Positions 11,649-21,061 of a DNA stretch of 64,000 nt are shown here, in pieces. This stretch comes from an uncultured Clostridia bacterium (GTDB lineage: Bacteria; Bacillota; Clostridia; Christensenellales; UBA3700). The notes under the pieces are model-generated. The model made no database searches, was not told the origin of the DNA, and worked only from the letters and a program-made list of their open reading frames with translations. Position 1 is the stretch's first letter. The number at the start of each line of letters is the position of its first letter. The stretch covers positions 49,837 to 113,836 of the forward strand of contig CAMXSN010000001.1 in assembly GCA_947246685.1 (NCBI GenBank), in the 5' to 3' direction. The translations under genes and the position numbers were made by a program.

Positions 11649-13037
11649 TTAATATTCGAGACGCTTTGTAAGATATTCCTCAAGTTCGGCTATCGGGATC
11701 CTTACTTGCTCCATAGAGTCTCTTTCTCTTACCGTGACGGAATTGTCCTCCAACGTATCGAAATCTACGGTTACGCAATACGGCGTACCGATTTCGTCCT
11801 GACGGCGGTATCTCTTGCCGATAGACGCGCTTTCGTCATAAGTTGCGGAGAATTTTTTGGATAGATTTCTGTATATCTCTTCGCTCTTTTCTCCCAAAGC
11901 CTTTTTCTGCAACGGCAGAACGGCTACTTTATAAGGCGCAATTGCAGGGTGGAAATGCATTACTACGCGGCTGTCGCCGTCTCCGAGATCCTGCTCCTCG
12001 TAAGCGTTGCATAGCAGAGCAAGCACCATTCTTTCCACCCCCAAAGACGGTTCGATGACGTATGGCACGTACTTTTCATTGGTGACGGGATCTGTGTATT
12101 CGAGATTTTTGCCGCTTACTTTGGCATGCGCGTTTAGGTCGAAATCCGTTCTGTCGGCGATACCCCACAGTTCGCCCCATCCGAACGGGAATTTGAATTC
12201 AAAATCCGTAGTTGCGTTGGAGTAGTGTGACAGTTCTTCGGGATCGTGGTCGCGAAGTTTGAGTCTTTCTTCTTTGATGCCCAGTCCAAGGAGCCAATTT
12301 TTACAGAATTCTTTCCAATATCCAAACCATTCCAAGTCAGTGCCCGGTTTGCAGAAAAATTCAAGTTCCATCTGCTCGAATTCTCTCACTCTGAATATAA
12401 AATTGCCTGGAGTGATTTCGTTTCTGAACGACTTTCCTATCTGACCGATGCCGAAAGGCACTTTCATACGGCTCGTGCGTTGCACGTTGAGGAAGTTTAC
12501 GAAGATTCCTTGCGCCGTTTCCGGACGAAGATAAACCGTGTTGGTAGTATCTTCCGTAACTCCCTGAAAAGTCTTAAACATAAGATTGAACTGTCTTACG
12601 CCCGTAAAATCGCATTTGCCGCAATTAGGGCAGGGAATCTTGTTGTCGGCAATATATTTTTCCATCGCGTCGTTAGACCATCCTGCGATAGACAAATCGA
12701 GTTTTTTGCGCGCGATATAATCCTCTATAAGATTGTCGGCTCTGTGTCTGGTCTTGCAGCTTTTGCAATCCATAAGCGGGTCGGAAAATCCGCCCACGTG
12801 ACCGGACGCCACCCACACATTCGGGTTCATGAGAATCGCGCTGTCAAGTCCCGTGTTGAGAGTGTTTTCCTGCACAAATTTTTTCCACCAAGCTCTCTTG
12901 ACGTTGTTTTTGAGTTCAACGCCCAAAGGACCGTAATCCCAGGTGTTTGCCAATCCGCCGTAAATCTCGCTGCCTGCAAATATAAAACCTCGGCCTTTGC
13001 AAAGCGCAACGAGTTTTTCCATAGTTAAATCAGCCAT
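11649..13037 (-). CDS. glyQS: Glycine--tRNA ligase (homodimeric type)
   Basis: [48 protein letters not shown]. Confidence 0.97.
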   Translation of the reverse strand: MADLTMEKLVALCKGRGFIFAGSEIYGGLANTWDYGPLGVELKNNVKRAWWKKFVQENTLNTGLDSAILMNPNVWVASGHVGGFSDPLMDCKSCKTRHRADNLIEDYIARKKLDLSIAGWSNDAMEKYIADNKIPCPNCGKCDFTGVRQFNLMFKTFQGVTEDTTNTVYLRPETAQGIFVNFLNVQRTSRMKVPFGIGQIGKSFRNEITPGNFIFRVREFEQMELEFFCKPGTDLEWFGYWKEFCKNWLLGLGIKEERLKLRDHDPEELSHYSNATTDFEFKFPFGWGELWGIADRTDFDLNAHAKVSGKNLEYTDPVTNEKYVPYVIEPSLGVERMVLALLCNAYEEQDLGDGDSRVVMHFHPAIAPYKVAVLPLQKKALGEKSEEIYRNLSKKFSATYDESASIGKRYRRQDEIGTPYCVTVDFDTLEDNSVTVRERDSMEQVRIPIAELEEYLTKRLEY

Positions 13038-13211
13038 AAATCTCCTTAGAATGCGATAAAACGCACAAAATATTTTATACGATTACAGTTTAATAAATTT
13101 ACGCGTTGCTTGTCAAATATATAGTAACATTTTTATTTTTATTTGCTTATTATGAACTAGAAGGAGAGAAGCGTACGCGGCTGTCTTTCAAAAACAATGG
13201 AGGAAAGTGTA

Positions 13212-13433
13212 ATGACGAACTTTAATGATTGCGGTTGTGCAAACAACCAGTGCTATACCAACGAGTGTTCGAATAACGGCGGATGCGGCTGCAACTGCTT
13301 ATGGCTCATCATCTTGCTCATGTGCTGCGGTTGCTGCGGCGGCAACAACGGCTGCGGAGCAAGCAAGAGCTGCGGATGCGACTGCTGCTGCATAATTCCC
13401 GTTATCGTAGCGCTTTGCTGCTGCTGCAAATAA
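13212..13433 (+). CDS. Small cysteine-rich protein (21 of 73 residues Cys), likely spore coat/exosporium
   Basis: SD GGAGG before ATG 13212; two hydrophobic segments ending in Cys runs; own terminator. Confidence 0.75.
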   Translation: MTNFNDCGCANNQCYTNECSNNGGCGCNCLWLIILLMCCGCCGGNNGCGASKSCGCDCCCIIPVIVALCCCCK

Positions 13434-13469
13434 GGGCATAGCATAATCGAAACAGAACTACATAAGATG

Positions 13470-13495
13470 AAAACGCTCCGATAGGGGCGTTTTTT
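13470..13495. terminator. Intrinsic terminator (bidirectional)
   Basis: AAAACGCTCC-GATA-GGGGCGTTTTTT. Confidence 0.8.
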
Positions 13496-13517
13496 GTTAT
13501 TGTTGAATCGGGTTTAT

Positions 13518-13775
13518 TCAATCCTGTTTTTCTTTTTTACTTAATTCGTATTTTTTCTTATAGTTAACGAAATTGAAGATTTCCCACACAGTGTCGACTA
13601 TGAATACGGGAAGGAAAATATACAGCGTAAATTGCAGGTAGAGTTCGTCGAATACAGCCACGAACGCTACCCATATAATGAATACGACCGACGTTATTAT
13701 GCCTTTGAATATTCTGTAAGGCAGAGGTTTGACAGAGAAACTCAGCCACCAAGTCAAAAAGTTGTATTTCTTCAT
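13518..13775 (-). CDS. Small hypothetical membrane protein (2 TM), apparently leaderless
   Basis: TTGACA-N17-TATAAT 6 nt before ATG 13775; hydrophobic segments. Confidence 0.7.
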   Translation of the reverse strand: MKKYNFLTWWLSFSVKPLPYRIFKGIITSVVFIIWVAFVAVFDELYLQFTLYIFLPVFIVDTVWEIFNFVNYKKKYELSKKEKQD

Positions 13776-13866
13776 AATCAAATTATACATCCGTTTGGTA
13801 TTTATGTCAACGAAGCGGCTGAATTTTATTCTGCATACCTAAGGATACGCAAGCATAGTATTTAAT

Positions 13867-14328
13867 ATGACAAAAATCAAATGGCTGTGGAGCATAGCTA
13901 TAGCAATGGGAATAGTGTTGCTGTATGCTTCGCTCAGCGCATATTTCATAAGAATAGACGGTTGGTATGCGTCTTTGCGCCTGCCATCTTTCGTTTTGCC
14001 ATCTAAGGGCATGACTGTAGGATGGAGCGTGTTTTACCTCATTAATATACTCGTATTGGCGAGGATAATATATTCCAGAGAACGGCTGTATATGATTGTA
14101 CCGTTGGTTATTTTGGGTATTGTCAATATACTTTGGTGTATGAGTTTCTTTGTTTTTCATTCGCTTTTGGCAGGGTTTGTAATTCTCGTTATACAATCCG
14201 TTATGAGCATTGCGATAATGCTCGCTCTTATCAAATCGGATACTATCTCTATGATTTTCTGGCAGGCAGTAGTGGTGTGGTACGTTTATCTTTGCGTAGT
14301 CGCTTATTGTATTTTGACGAATGCGTAA
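13867..14328 (+). CDS. TspO/MBR family tryptophan-rich membrane protein
   Basis: WYASLRLPSFVLP...GWSVFY and NILW...FF motifs; 5 TM. Confidence 0.8.
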   Translation: MTKIKWLWSIAIAMGIVLLYASLSAYFIRIDGWYASLRLPSFVLPSKGMTVGWSVFYLINILVLARIIYSRERLYMIVPLVILGIVNILWCMSFFVFHSLLAGFVILVIQSVMSIAIMLALIKSDTISMIFWQAVVVWYVYLCVVAYCILTNA

Positions 14329-14390
14329 AGTATTTGGAAGTCATGCTGATCAATATAAGCAATCGCCTTTTACATAATTACTTAAATCGC

Positions 14391-14419
14391 TTGTAATTTT
14401 CGCTTATTTTCTGTATAAT
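14391..14419 (+). promoter_or_regulatory. Sigma-A promoter of panT-coaX
   Basis: TTGTAA-N17-TATAAT. Confidence 0.6.
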
Positions 14420-14425
14420 AATCTT

Positions 14426-14500
14426 GGACAACGGCACTGTATGGCTGTATGTCCGAAAAAAATTCTTACCAAAAAAGATGGGTATCCTTTGAGAACTCAA
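14426..14500 (+). ncRNA. Candidate cis-regulatory leader (pan-motif-like hairpin)
   Basis: GGACA-ACGGC...GCTGT-A-TGTCC stem with bulged A at the predicted 5' end, upstream of pantothenate genes. Confidence 0.35.
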
Positions 14501-14511
14501 TCGAGGTGTTT

Positions 14512-15270
14512 ATGAACAATTTTTCCAACGTGAGAGACAACTCACATTTCCGCAGGTCAAAAAACCTTGCAATCTTGGCATTGATGCTGGCGCTTACAAT
14601 TTTCTTTTGTTTCTTTCCGATCATGTTTCCCGGCGGAGTAACGCTGGCGCTTATGATACTGCCGTTGCTTATAGTAGCGCAGGGATATGATTTCAAGATG
14701 ACCATCATTTTAGCCGTGCTTATGGCGTCGGTCAATCAAATAGCTTGGTATACCACCAAGGCGGCAAATCCGATGGCTCCTATATGGCAGAATCCGCTGG
14801 TATGTATGGTGCCGAGAATTCTAATAGGCGTCGTCAGTTACTTTGTAGGATACGGACTTAGGAAGGCATTTTTACATCCCAAATGTTCAATTGGGGCAGA
14901 CGGCGAAAAGAGACTGTTAAATCAGAAGGAGATTTTTGCAAAAGACGGCGTGATTACTGCCGTAAGTACTGCTCTAGGCGTGGTTACCAACACGTTTTTC
15001 TGCGGACTTTTTGCCGTGCTATTATACAACGGAAAAGCGCTTTCCAACAATACCGTAATAGGCATAGAATATATACTTACTTGGTTCGGTATAAACTTTC
15101 TTATCGAAATTATAGCGTTTACTATCGTCGTACCTCCTATAATACTTGCGCTGAGACAGGCAAGATTGGTTCCCGTACCTGCGCTCGGCAGGGAAATAAC
15201 GGTGGAAGAGCAAGTTTGCGAAGAAACGGCGCAACAGGATACGGCTGACGAAAAAAATATCGGCGATTGA
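14512..15270 (+). CDS. panT: ECF transporter S component, probable pantothenate transporter
   Basis: NPLVCMVPRILIG and GV.TNT motifs; adjacent to coaX; SD GAGGTG before ATG 14512. Confidence 0.75.
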   Translation: MNNFSNVRDNSHFRRSKNLAILALMLALTIFFCFFPIMFPGGVTLALMILPLLIVAQGYDFKMTIILAVLMASVNQIAWYTTKAANPMAPIWQNPLVCMVPRILIGVVSYFVGYGLRKAFLHPKCSIGADGEKRLLNQKEIFAKDGVITAVSTALGVVTNTFFCGLFAVLLYNGKALSNNTVIGIEYILTWFGINFLIEIIAFTIVVPPIILALRQARLVPVPALGREITVEEQVCEETAQQDTADEKNIGD

Positions 15271-15295
15271 TATCGTCAAATATACGGAGAAGAAT

Positions 15296-16069
15296 ATGTT
15301 ACTTGTAATAGATATCGGCAATACCAATATCAAACTTGGCGTATATGACAGAGAAAAACTGATATATTCGTGGAGATTATCCGTCAAAGTTATCAGGACG
15401 GCAGATGAGATAGGAATAACGCTGACGAGTTTGCTCGACGCAAAAAACATCGAATTAAAGAGCTTTGACGGCATTATCATGTCGTCGGTTCAGCCGTCGC
15501 TCAATTACACTATGGAGCATGCCTGCGAATTTTATCTGGGCAAAAAGCCTATAATGGTAGGCGTGGGCATCAAGACTGGATTGAATATCAAATACAGCAA
15601 TCCTCAGGAAGTCGGCGCCGACAGAATCGTCAATTCGGTAGCCGCTTATAAGTTGTACGGCGGACCGTGTATAGTAGTGGATTTCGGCACGGCGACAACG
15701 TTCAACGTGGTTTCGCCAAAAGGCGAATTTCTCGGAGGCTGCATAGCGCCGGGAATTATCACGGGATTGGAAGCGCTCGTCAACAATACGGCAAAACTAC
15801 CCAGAGTGGAGATCGTTAAGCCCGAGAGCATTATCGCCAAGACAACTGTAACGGGATTGCAAGCGGGCATGATTTACGGAAGCACGGGTATGGTCAAATA
15901 TATCTTGCAAAAACTTAAAGAAGAGAGCGGTTATTCCGACGTCAAAGTCATTGCGACGGGCGGTTTGAGCGAAGTGATTATGGGCGTAGACAAAGACAGG
16001 ATAATCGACGTCGTAGACAGGTCTCTGACGCTCAAAGGGTTAAAACTTATCTATGATATGAACAGATAA
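15296..16069 (+). CDS. coaX: Type III pantothenate kinase
   Basis: IDIGNTNIK, EVGADR, VDFGTATT, IATGGL. Confidence 0.96.
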   Translation: MLLVIDIGNTNIKLGVYDREKLIYSWRLSVKVIRTADEIGITLTSLLDAKNIELKSFDGIIMSSVQPSLNYTMEHACEFYLGKKPIMVGVGIKTGLNIKYSNPQEVGADRIVNSVAAYKLYGGPCIVVDFGTATTFNVVSPKGEFLGGCIAPGIITGLEALVNNTAKLPRVEIVKPESIIAKTTVTGLQAGMIYGSTGMVKYILQKLKEESGYSDVKVIATGGLSEVIMGVDKDRIIDVVDRSLTLKGLKLIYDMNR

Positions 16070-16232
16070 AAGCCGAGAAGTTAAATTACACGCATTTATT
16101 TACTCAAGCGAATTAATTAAGATATATCCGACGTCAAAACAAAAAAATACAGAAAGTTGTCGTTTGGGATAGACATTACAGAAAAAATAATATAAAATAA
16201 TATCATATATAAATTATATTAAGGAGAACAAA

Positions 16233-17504
16233 ATGAAAAAAGTTGGAGTAGCCGTGCTCGGTCTCGGAGTTGTCGGCGGAGGAACTTGCAAAATACTTAT
16301 TGACAGAAGGAGCAGAATCGCAGAGGAATACGGAGTCGATATCGAAATCGCCGCAGTACTCGACAGAGTGCCCGCTAGAGTGACGGGATTGGGATTGGAT
16401 CTTTCCATTCTTGCAAGCGATATTGACGAGATTTGCGCGAATGCCAACGTGGATATAGTCGTTGAGTGTATGGGCGGAACTGAGCCTGCGAGAACTTTTC
16501 TTATCAAGGCGTTGGAGGCGGGCAAAAGCATAGTCACTTCCAACAAAGAAATGTTTGCAAAATTCTGGCCGGAGCTTGAAAAAGCTGCGCAAAAGACGGG
16601 GGCAGGTCTTTATTACGAAGCGACTACGGGCGGCGGAATGCCTATCATAAGAACTATGACGCAGGCGATGCAGGCCAACGGTATTCAGGAAATAAAGACT
16701 ATTATCAACGGCACTACCAACTATATTCTCACGCGCATGACCGAAGAGGGCGCGGATTATGACGCTGTGCTCAAAGACGCGCAAGCGCTCGGCTATGCGG
16801 AGGCAAACCCCGTTGCCGACGTGGAGGGATACGATTCTAGCTATAAGCTCAGCATCCTCTCTTCGCTCGCGTTTAACAAAAGAGTTCCCGTAGAATTGAT
16901 TTACCGCGAAGGTATCACCAAGATTACCGCTCAGGATATCAAGATAGCCAAAGATATGGGATTTGTGATCAAACTGCTGGCGATAGCTAAGCAAAAAGGT
17001 CAGAAGATTGAGGCGAGAGTGCATCCGGTATTCCTGCCTAAGTCCCATCCTCTTGCAAGCGTCAACGGAGCGTTCAACGCAGTGTTTGTAGTCGGAGACG
17101 CGGTAGGCGATATTATGATCTACGGCAGAGGCGCGGGCGCATTGCCGACAGGCAGCGCGATTGTCAGCGATATTGTATTCTGCGCAAGACAGGTCGAGCA
17201 CGCGAGATATTCGGAGATGTTTGACGTTATGCCTGCGAGCGATATAGTCACAGATTTCGAGAGCGAATATTACGTCCGTCTCAACGCAAGAGACGTCAGC
17301 GGCGTAATTGCCGACGTTGCGGCGGTATTCAAAAAATATAAAGTATCCATTTCTCAGATGAGACAGGACGCCAATAAAGAGGTCATTCCCATAGTATTCA
17401 TCACTCATAAGACGAGCGAGAACGCTATGAAGAAAGCTATCGAAGAAATCAAGAAGCTCCCCAATATAATCAGCGTGGAGAACGTGATAAGAGTAGAAAA
17501 ATAA
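16233..17504 (+). CDS. hom: Homoserine dehydrogenase with C-terminal ACT domain
   Basis: GLGVVGGG, NGTTNYIL, AQALGYAEANP, GRGAGALPTGSA. Confidence 0.96.
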   Translation: MKKVGVAVLGLGVVGGGTCKILIDRRSRIAEEYGVDIEIAAVLDRVPARVTGLGLDLSILASDIDEICANANVDIVVECMGGTEPARTFLIKALEAGKSIVTSNKEMFAKFWPELEKAAQKTGAGLYYEATTGGGMPIIRTMTQAMQANGIQEIKTIINGTTNYILTRMTEEGADYDAVLKDAQALGYAEANPVADVEGYDSSYKLSILSSLAFNKRVPVELIYREGITKITAQDIKIAKDMGFVIKLLAIAKQKGQKIEARVHPVFLPKSHPLASVNGAFNAVFVVGDAVGDIMIYGRGAGALPTGSAIVSDIVFCARQVEHARYSEMFDVMPASDIVTDFESEYYVRLNARDVSGVIADVAAVFKKYKVSISQMRQDANKEVIPIVFITHKTSENAMKKAIEEIKKLPNIISVENVIRVEK

Positions 17505-17549
17505 TTATTTTGCAATAACACGGCGCAACACTGCGCGGCGGAGGGCATT

Positions 17550-18056
17550 ATGCTTACAAATGCGGCAACGTTATATCTGGTCGATTTGTGCGACAAGTTT
17601 ACAGACAATAAATACGTAGTCGTCGAATGGGGCGAACTTAGCGCGCTGAGTTCGCAGCCCGCCGAAAATTTCGACGTCAACGCTACTTGGAAAGAACTTA
17701 AGATGAACGGGTGCGTCGTCAACAAATACGCCGACTCTGAAGAGGTGTGCTTTATGCTGACCGACAAAGCGCGTGTGTTGGTGCAGGAATATAAAGTCTT
17801 GATGGAGCAGATGAAAGCGCAGGAAGACGCTCAATCGCAGGAAGATATCGCGCATAGCTATATCAAGACTGACGAACAGGGAAGTTTGGTCGTCATGCCG
17901 ACAAGCGCGGTAGCCGCCAAGAAAAAAAGATTCGAGGTCAAAAAGTTAAAAAAGAGCGCTTTTACCAGCGGAATGCTCGGCGGATTGATTTCGGGCGGAG
18001 TGTTGGGACTTATTTTCGGATTGCTTGGAGGACTGATTGTCAATCTGATTGGATAA
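17550..18056 (+). CDS. Hypothetical protein, winged-helix-like N-terminus and C-terminal TM anchor
   Basis: WKELKMNGCV...FMLTDKAR pattern; Gly-rich hydrophobic C-tail; SD GGAGG. Confidence 0.7.
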   Translation: MLTNAATLYLVDLCDKFTDNKYVVVEWGELSALSSQPAENFDVNATWKELKMNGCVVNKYADSEEVCFMLTDKARVLVQEYKVLMEQMKAQEDAQSQEDIAHSYIKTDEQGSLVVMPTSAVAAKKKRFEVKKLKKSAFTSGMLGGLISGGVLGLIFGLLGGLIVNLIG

Positions 18057-18122
18057 AACAACCGCGGCAGGCGCAAAATGTCGTCGACAAAATATCAGAT
18101 GTGATTAACGTAAGGAGATGTT

Positions 18123-18488
18123 ATGCTCAATAAGAAGACAAAAAAACTTATGAAAGCAGTATATTATAAGGCCGTGGAAAAAGACGGTACGTTTTTGATA
18201 AGTCAGAACGACCTTCTCGCGGCTATGCCTTACAATTTTCAATTTAAGAAAAAAGAATTGCCCGCGGCGCTGAAATCGCTTGTCAGCGAGGGATATTTCG
18301 AACTTATCACGACCGAAAAGAAAGGCGAAGAATATTACTGCATAACGCTTCAGCAGTCAGGCTATGATTTTGCTTATCAGATCGCCAAAGAAAAGCGTCA
18401 GATAAAATTGAAGATAACTTTGACCGTTTGCGGAGCAGTGCTCAGCTTTATCTTGGGCTTGATATTAAAATCCGTATTTACCAAATAA
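18123..18488 (+). CDS. Hypothetical protein, winged-helix-like N-terminus and C-terminal TM anchor
   Basis: LKSLVSEGYF...CITLQQSG pattern; hydrophobic C-tail; SD AAGGAG. Confidence 0.75.
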   Translation: MLNKKTKKLMKAVYYKAVEKDGTFLISQNDLLAAMPYNFQFKKKELPAALKSLVSEGYFELITTEKKGEEYYCITLQQSGYDFAYQIAKEKRQIKLKITLTVCGAVLSFILGLILKSVFTK

Positions 18489-18497
18489 GGTGTTATT

Positions 18498-18821
18498 ATG
18501 GCGACTTCGATCGAGTTTATAGAATACGTTTGCGAACAGTTGGGAGATATAGGAACCGTAACTTACAAAAAAATGTTCGGAGAATATATGGTCTATCTCA
18601 ATGCAAAACCGATTTTTACGGTTTGCGACGATACCGTTTACGTCAAGCAGGTAGATAGTGTAAAAGACTTCTTGCGCGATTCGGAAAAGGGCGAGCCATA
18701 TAAGGGCGCAAAGACATGCCACATTCTTGACGTCGACGATTCCGATTTGACCCGTCAGGTGGCTTTGGCAGTCGAAAAGGTCACTCCGTTGCCAAAACAC
18801 AAAAAGCCTAAATCTAAATAA
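18498..18821 (+). CDS. TfoX/Sxy N-terminal domain protein
   Basis: YKKMFGEYMVY...VCDDTVYVK...PYKGAK. Confidence 0.9.
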   Translation: MATSIEFIEYVCEQLGDIGTVTYKKMFGEYMVYLNAKPIFTVCDDTVYVKQVDSVKDFLRDSEKGEPYKGAKTCHILDVDDSDLTRQVALAVEKVTPLPKHKKPKSK

Positions 18822-18823
18822 TC

Positions 18824-18850
18824 AAACGCCGCTTGCAAAAGCGGTTTTTT
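18824..18850 (+). terminator. Intrinsic terminator
   Basis: GCCGCTT-GCAA-AAGCGGTTTTTT. Confidence 0.7.
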
Positions 18851-19033
18851 ATTTATATATTCATATATATAAGTCAATAATATCTCAGTGTCGAATTTGT
18901 CGGATCTAACAACGCTTTGTAATTATAATTTGCGTTATTCAATCTGACGGGGAATCGATTTCTCAATAATTATCGCAGTCAAATTTTTCCGCTGAAAAGG
19001 AGCAGATTATTTGTTTCAAATTAATACAAATGC

Positions 19034-19062
19034 TTGCAAAATGTGAACATTTGTGCTAAAAT
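19034..19062 (+). promoter_or_regulatory. uvrB promoter with overlapping LexA (Cheo-type) box
   Basis: TTGCAA-N17-TAAAAT; GAACATTTGTGC at 19045-19056 resembles GAAC-N4-GTTC. Confidence 0.6.
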
Positions 19063-19072
19063 ACACTTAATT

Positions 19073-21022
19073 ATGTTTGAGCTTAAAAGTAAGTTTTCTC
19101 CGTGCGGCGATCAGCCGCAGGCAATACAAAAACTTGTCGAGGGCGTAAACGACGGTTTGCGCACTCAGGTTTTGCTCGGCGTTACGGGCAGCGGCAAGAC
19201 GTTTACGATGGCAAACGTTATAAAAGAATGCAATCGCCCGGCGCTTGTAATTGCGCACAACAAGACTTTGGCGGCGCAACTTTGCAACGAGTTCAGAGAA
19301 TTTTTTCCTAACAACAGAGTGGAATATTTCGTATCTTATTACGATTATTATCAGCCGGAAGCCTACATTCCCCGTACCGACACTTATATTGAAAAAGACT
19401 TGTCTATTAACGATGAAATAGACAGACTTCGCAATTCCGCAACAAGCGCGTTATGCGAGAGCAGAGACGTAATAGTAGTGTCTTCGGTGTCGTGCATTTA
19501 CGGATTGGGCGCGCCAATGGAGTATTTTTCTATGGCGATTTCATTGCGAGAGGGGATGAGTATAGACAGAGACGCGTTGCTCGACAATCTTGTTGAGATT
19601 CAGTATAAGCGCAGCGATATCGAATTTTGCAGAGCGACGTTCAGAGTTCGCGGAGACGTGGTTGAGATATTTCCCGTAGAGAGTTCGGACTATGCGGTGC
19701 GCATAGAATTTTGGGGCGATGAGATAGAACGTATTGCGCAATTCGACCCGATTACAGCAAAATCCGTCTGTCAGTTAAAACACGTCAATATTTTTCCAGC
19801 CACACATTACGTTGTGGAAAAAGATAAGAGGGAAGCCTGCCTTGACAGGATAAGAAACGATATGGTCGAGCAGGTAGAACTTTTTAAGCAGCAAGGCAAA
19901 CTTCTCGAAGCTCAGCGGCTTAAAGAACGCGTCAGTTACGACTTGGAAATGATCAAAGAAATGGGATATTGCTCGGGTATCGAGAATTATTCGAGATATT
20001 TCGACGGCAGACAGCCTGGACAGCCTCCGTATACGCTGCTGGACTTTTTCCCTAAGGACTTTCTGTTGTTTGTGGACGAAAGTCATATGACGTTGCCGCA
20101 GGTGCGAGCTATGTTCAATGGAGATTTATCTAGAAAAGTCAATTTGGTCGATTACGGTTTCCGTCTTCCGTCGGCATACGATAACAGACCTCTTAAATTC
20201 AATGAGTTCGACGAGAGAATAGGTCAGATGATATGCGTATCCGCCACTCCGGCAAAATACGAATTGGAGCAAGCAGGACAGGTCGTAGAGCAGCTTATCA
20301 GACCGACTGGACTGATCGATCCCGAGGTGGAGATTTGTCCTATCGACGGGCAGATAGACGACTTGATATCGCGTATCAACGCGACCGTGGACAAAAAAGC
20401 AAGGGTGCTTGTGACCACTCTGACTAAAAAGATGGCAGAAAGTCTTACTTCATATTTGACAGAGAGACACATCAAAGTCAAATATATGCACTCTGACATA
20501 GACACTTTGGAGAGAATCGAGATAATCGCGGGCTTGAGAAAAGGCGAATTTGACGTGCTGGTGGGCATCAATCTTTTGCGCGAAGGTCTGGATATACCCG
20601 AGGTGCAGCTTGTTGCGATACTTGACGCGGACAAAGAGGGATTTCTGCGCAGCGAGACTTCTTTGATACAGACTATCGGCAGAGCGGCGCGTAACAGCGA
20701 GGCAAAAGTCGTAATGTACGCGGATAGGATTACCGACAGTATGCGAAACGCTATCGAAGAAACCAACAGACGTCGAGAAGCTCAGAGCAAATATAATCAA
20801 GATCATAATATCACGCCCAAGACTATCGTCAAAGAAATTACCAATACCTTGGAGATTTCCAAGAAGATAGAGGACAAAGCGGTTAAGTCGGATAGAGATA
20901 TTGCCAAGGAGCTGTCAAGGCTGTCGACAGCAATGAAGGTCGCTTCGGCAAATCTTGATTTTGAGTTGGCGATAAAATACCGCGAGCAAATCGCCGCATT
21001 GAAATCCGCACTGAAAAAATAA
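19073..21022 (+). CDS. uvrB: Excinuclease ABC subunit B
   Basis: [37 protein letters not shown]; ATG 19073. Confidence 0.98.
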   Translation: MFELKSKFSPCGDQPQAIQKLVEGVNDGLRTQVLLGVTGSGKTFTMANVIKECNRPALVIAHNKTLAAQLCNEFREFFPNNRVEYFVSYYDYYQPEAYIPRTDTYIEKDLSINDEIDRLRNSATSALCESRDVIVVSSVSCIYGLGAPMEYFSMAISLREGMSIDRDALLDNLVEIQYKRSDIEFCRATFRVRGDVVEIFPVESSDYAVRIEFWGDEIERIAQFDPITAKSVCQLKHVNIFPATHYVVEKDKREACLDRIRNDMVEQVELFKQQGKLLEAQRLKERVSYDLEMIKEMGYCSGIENYSRYFDGRQPGQPPYTLLDFFPKDFLLFVDESHMTLPQVRAMFNGDLSRKVNLVDYGFRLPSAYDNRPLKFNEFDERIGQMICVSATPAKYELEQAGQVVEQLIRPTGLIDPEVEICPIDGQIDDLISRINATVDKKARVLVTTLTKKMAESLTSYLTERHIKVKYMHSDIDTLERIEIIAGLRKGEFDVLVGINLLREGLDIPEVQLVAILDADKEGFLRSETSLIQTIGRAARNSEAKVVMYADRITDSMRNAIEETNRRREAQSKYNQDHNITPKTIVKEITNTLEISKKIEDKAVKSDRDIAKELSRLSTAMKVASANLDFELAIKYREQIAALKSALKK

Positions 21023-21061
21023 TGCAAATACATGACAGTCGAGCACTGTCGGAGAGGATAT

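Noticed and set aside
13038-13196. T-box leader expected upstream of glyQS
   Set aside because: A promoter-like TTGACA lies only about 75 nt upstream of the start, with no T-box consensus or terminator
13212-13433. Cys-rich peptide as a RiPP precursor
   Set aside because: No radical SAM, YcaO or lanthipeptide enzyme, or transporter nearby; hydrophobic/Cys-run pattern fits a structural protein better
16203-17408. 401-aa minus-strand ORF
   Set aside because: Antisense shadow of hom
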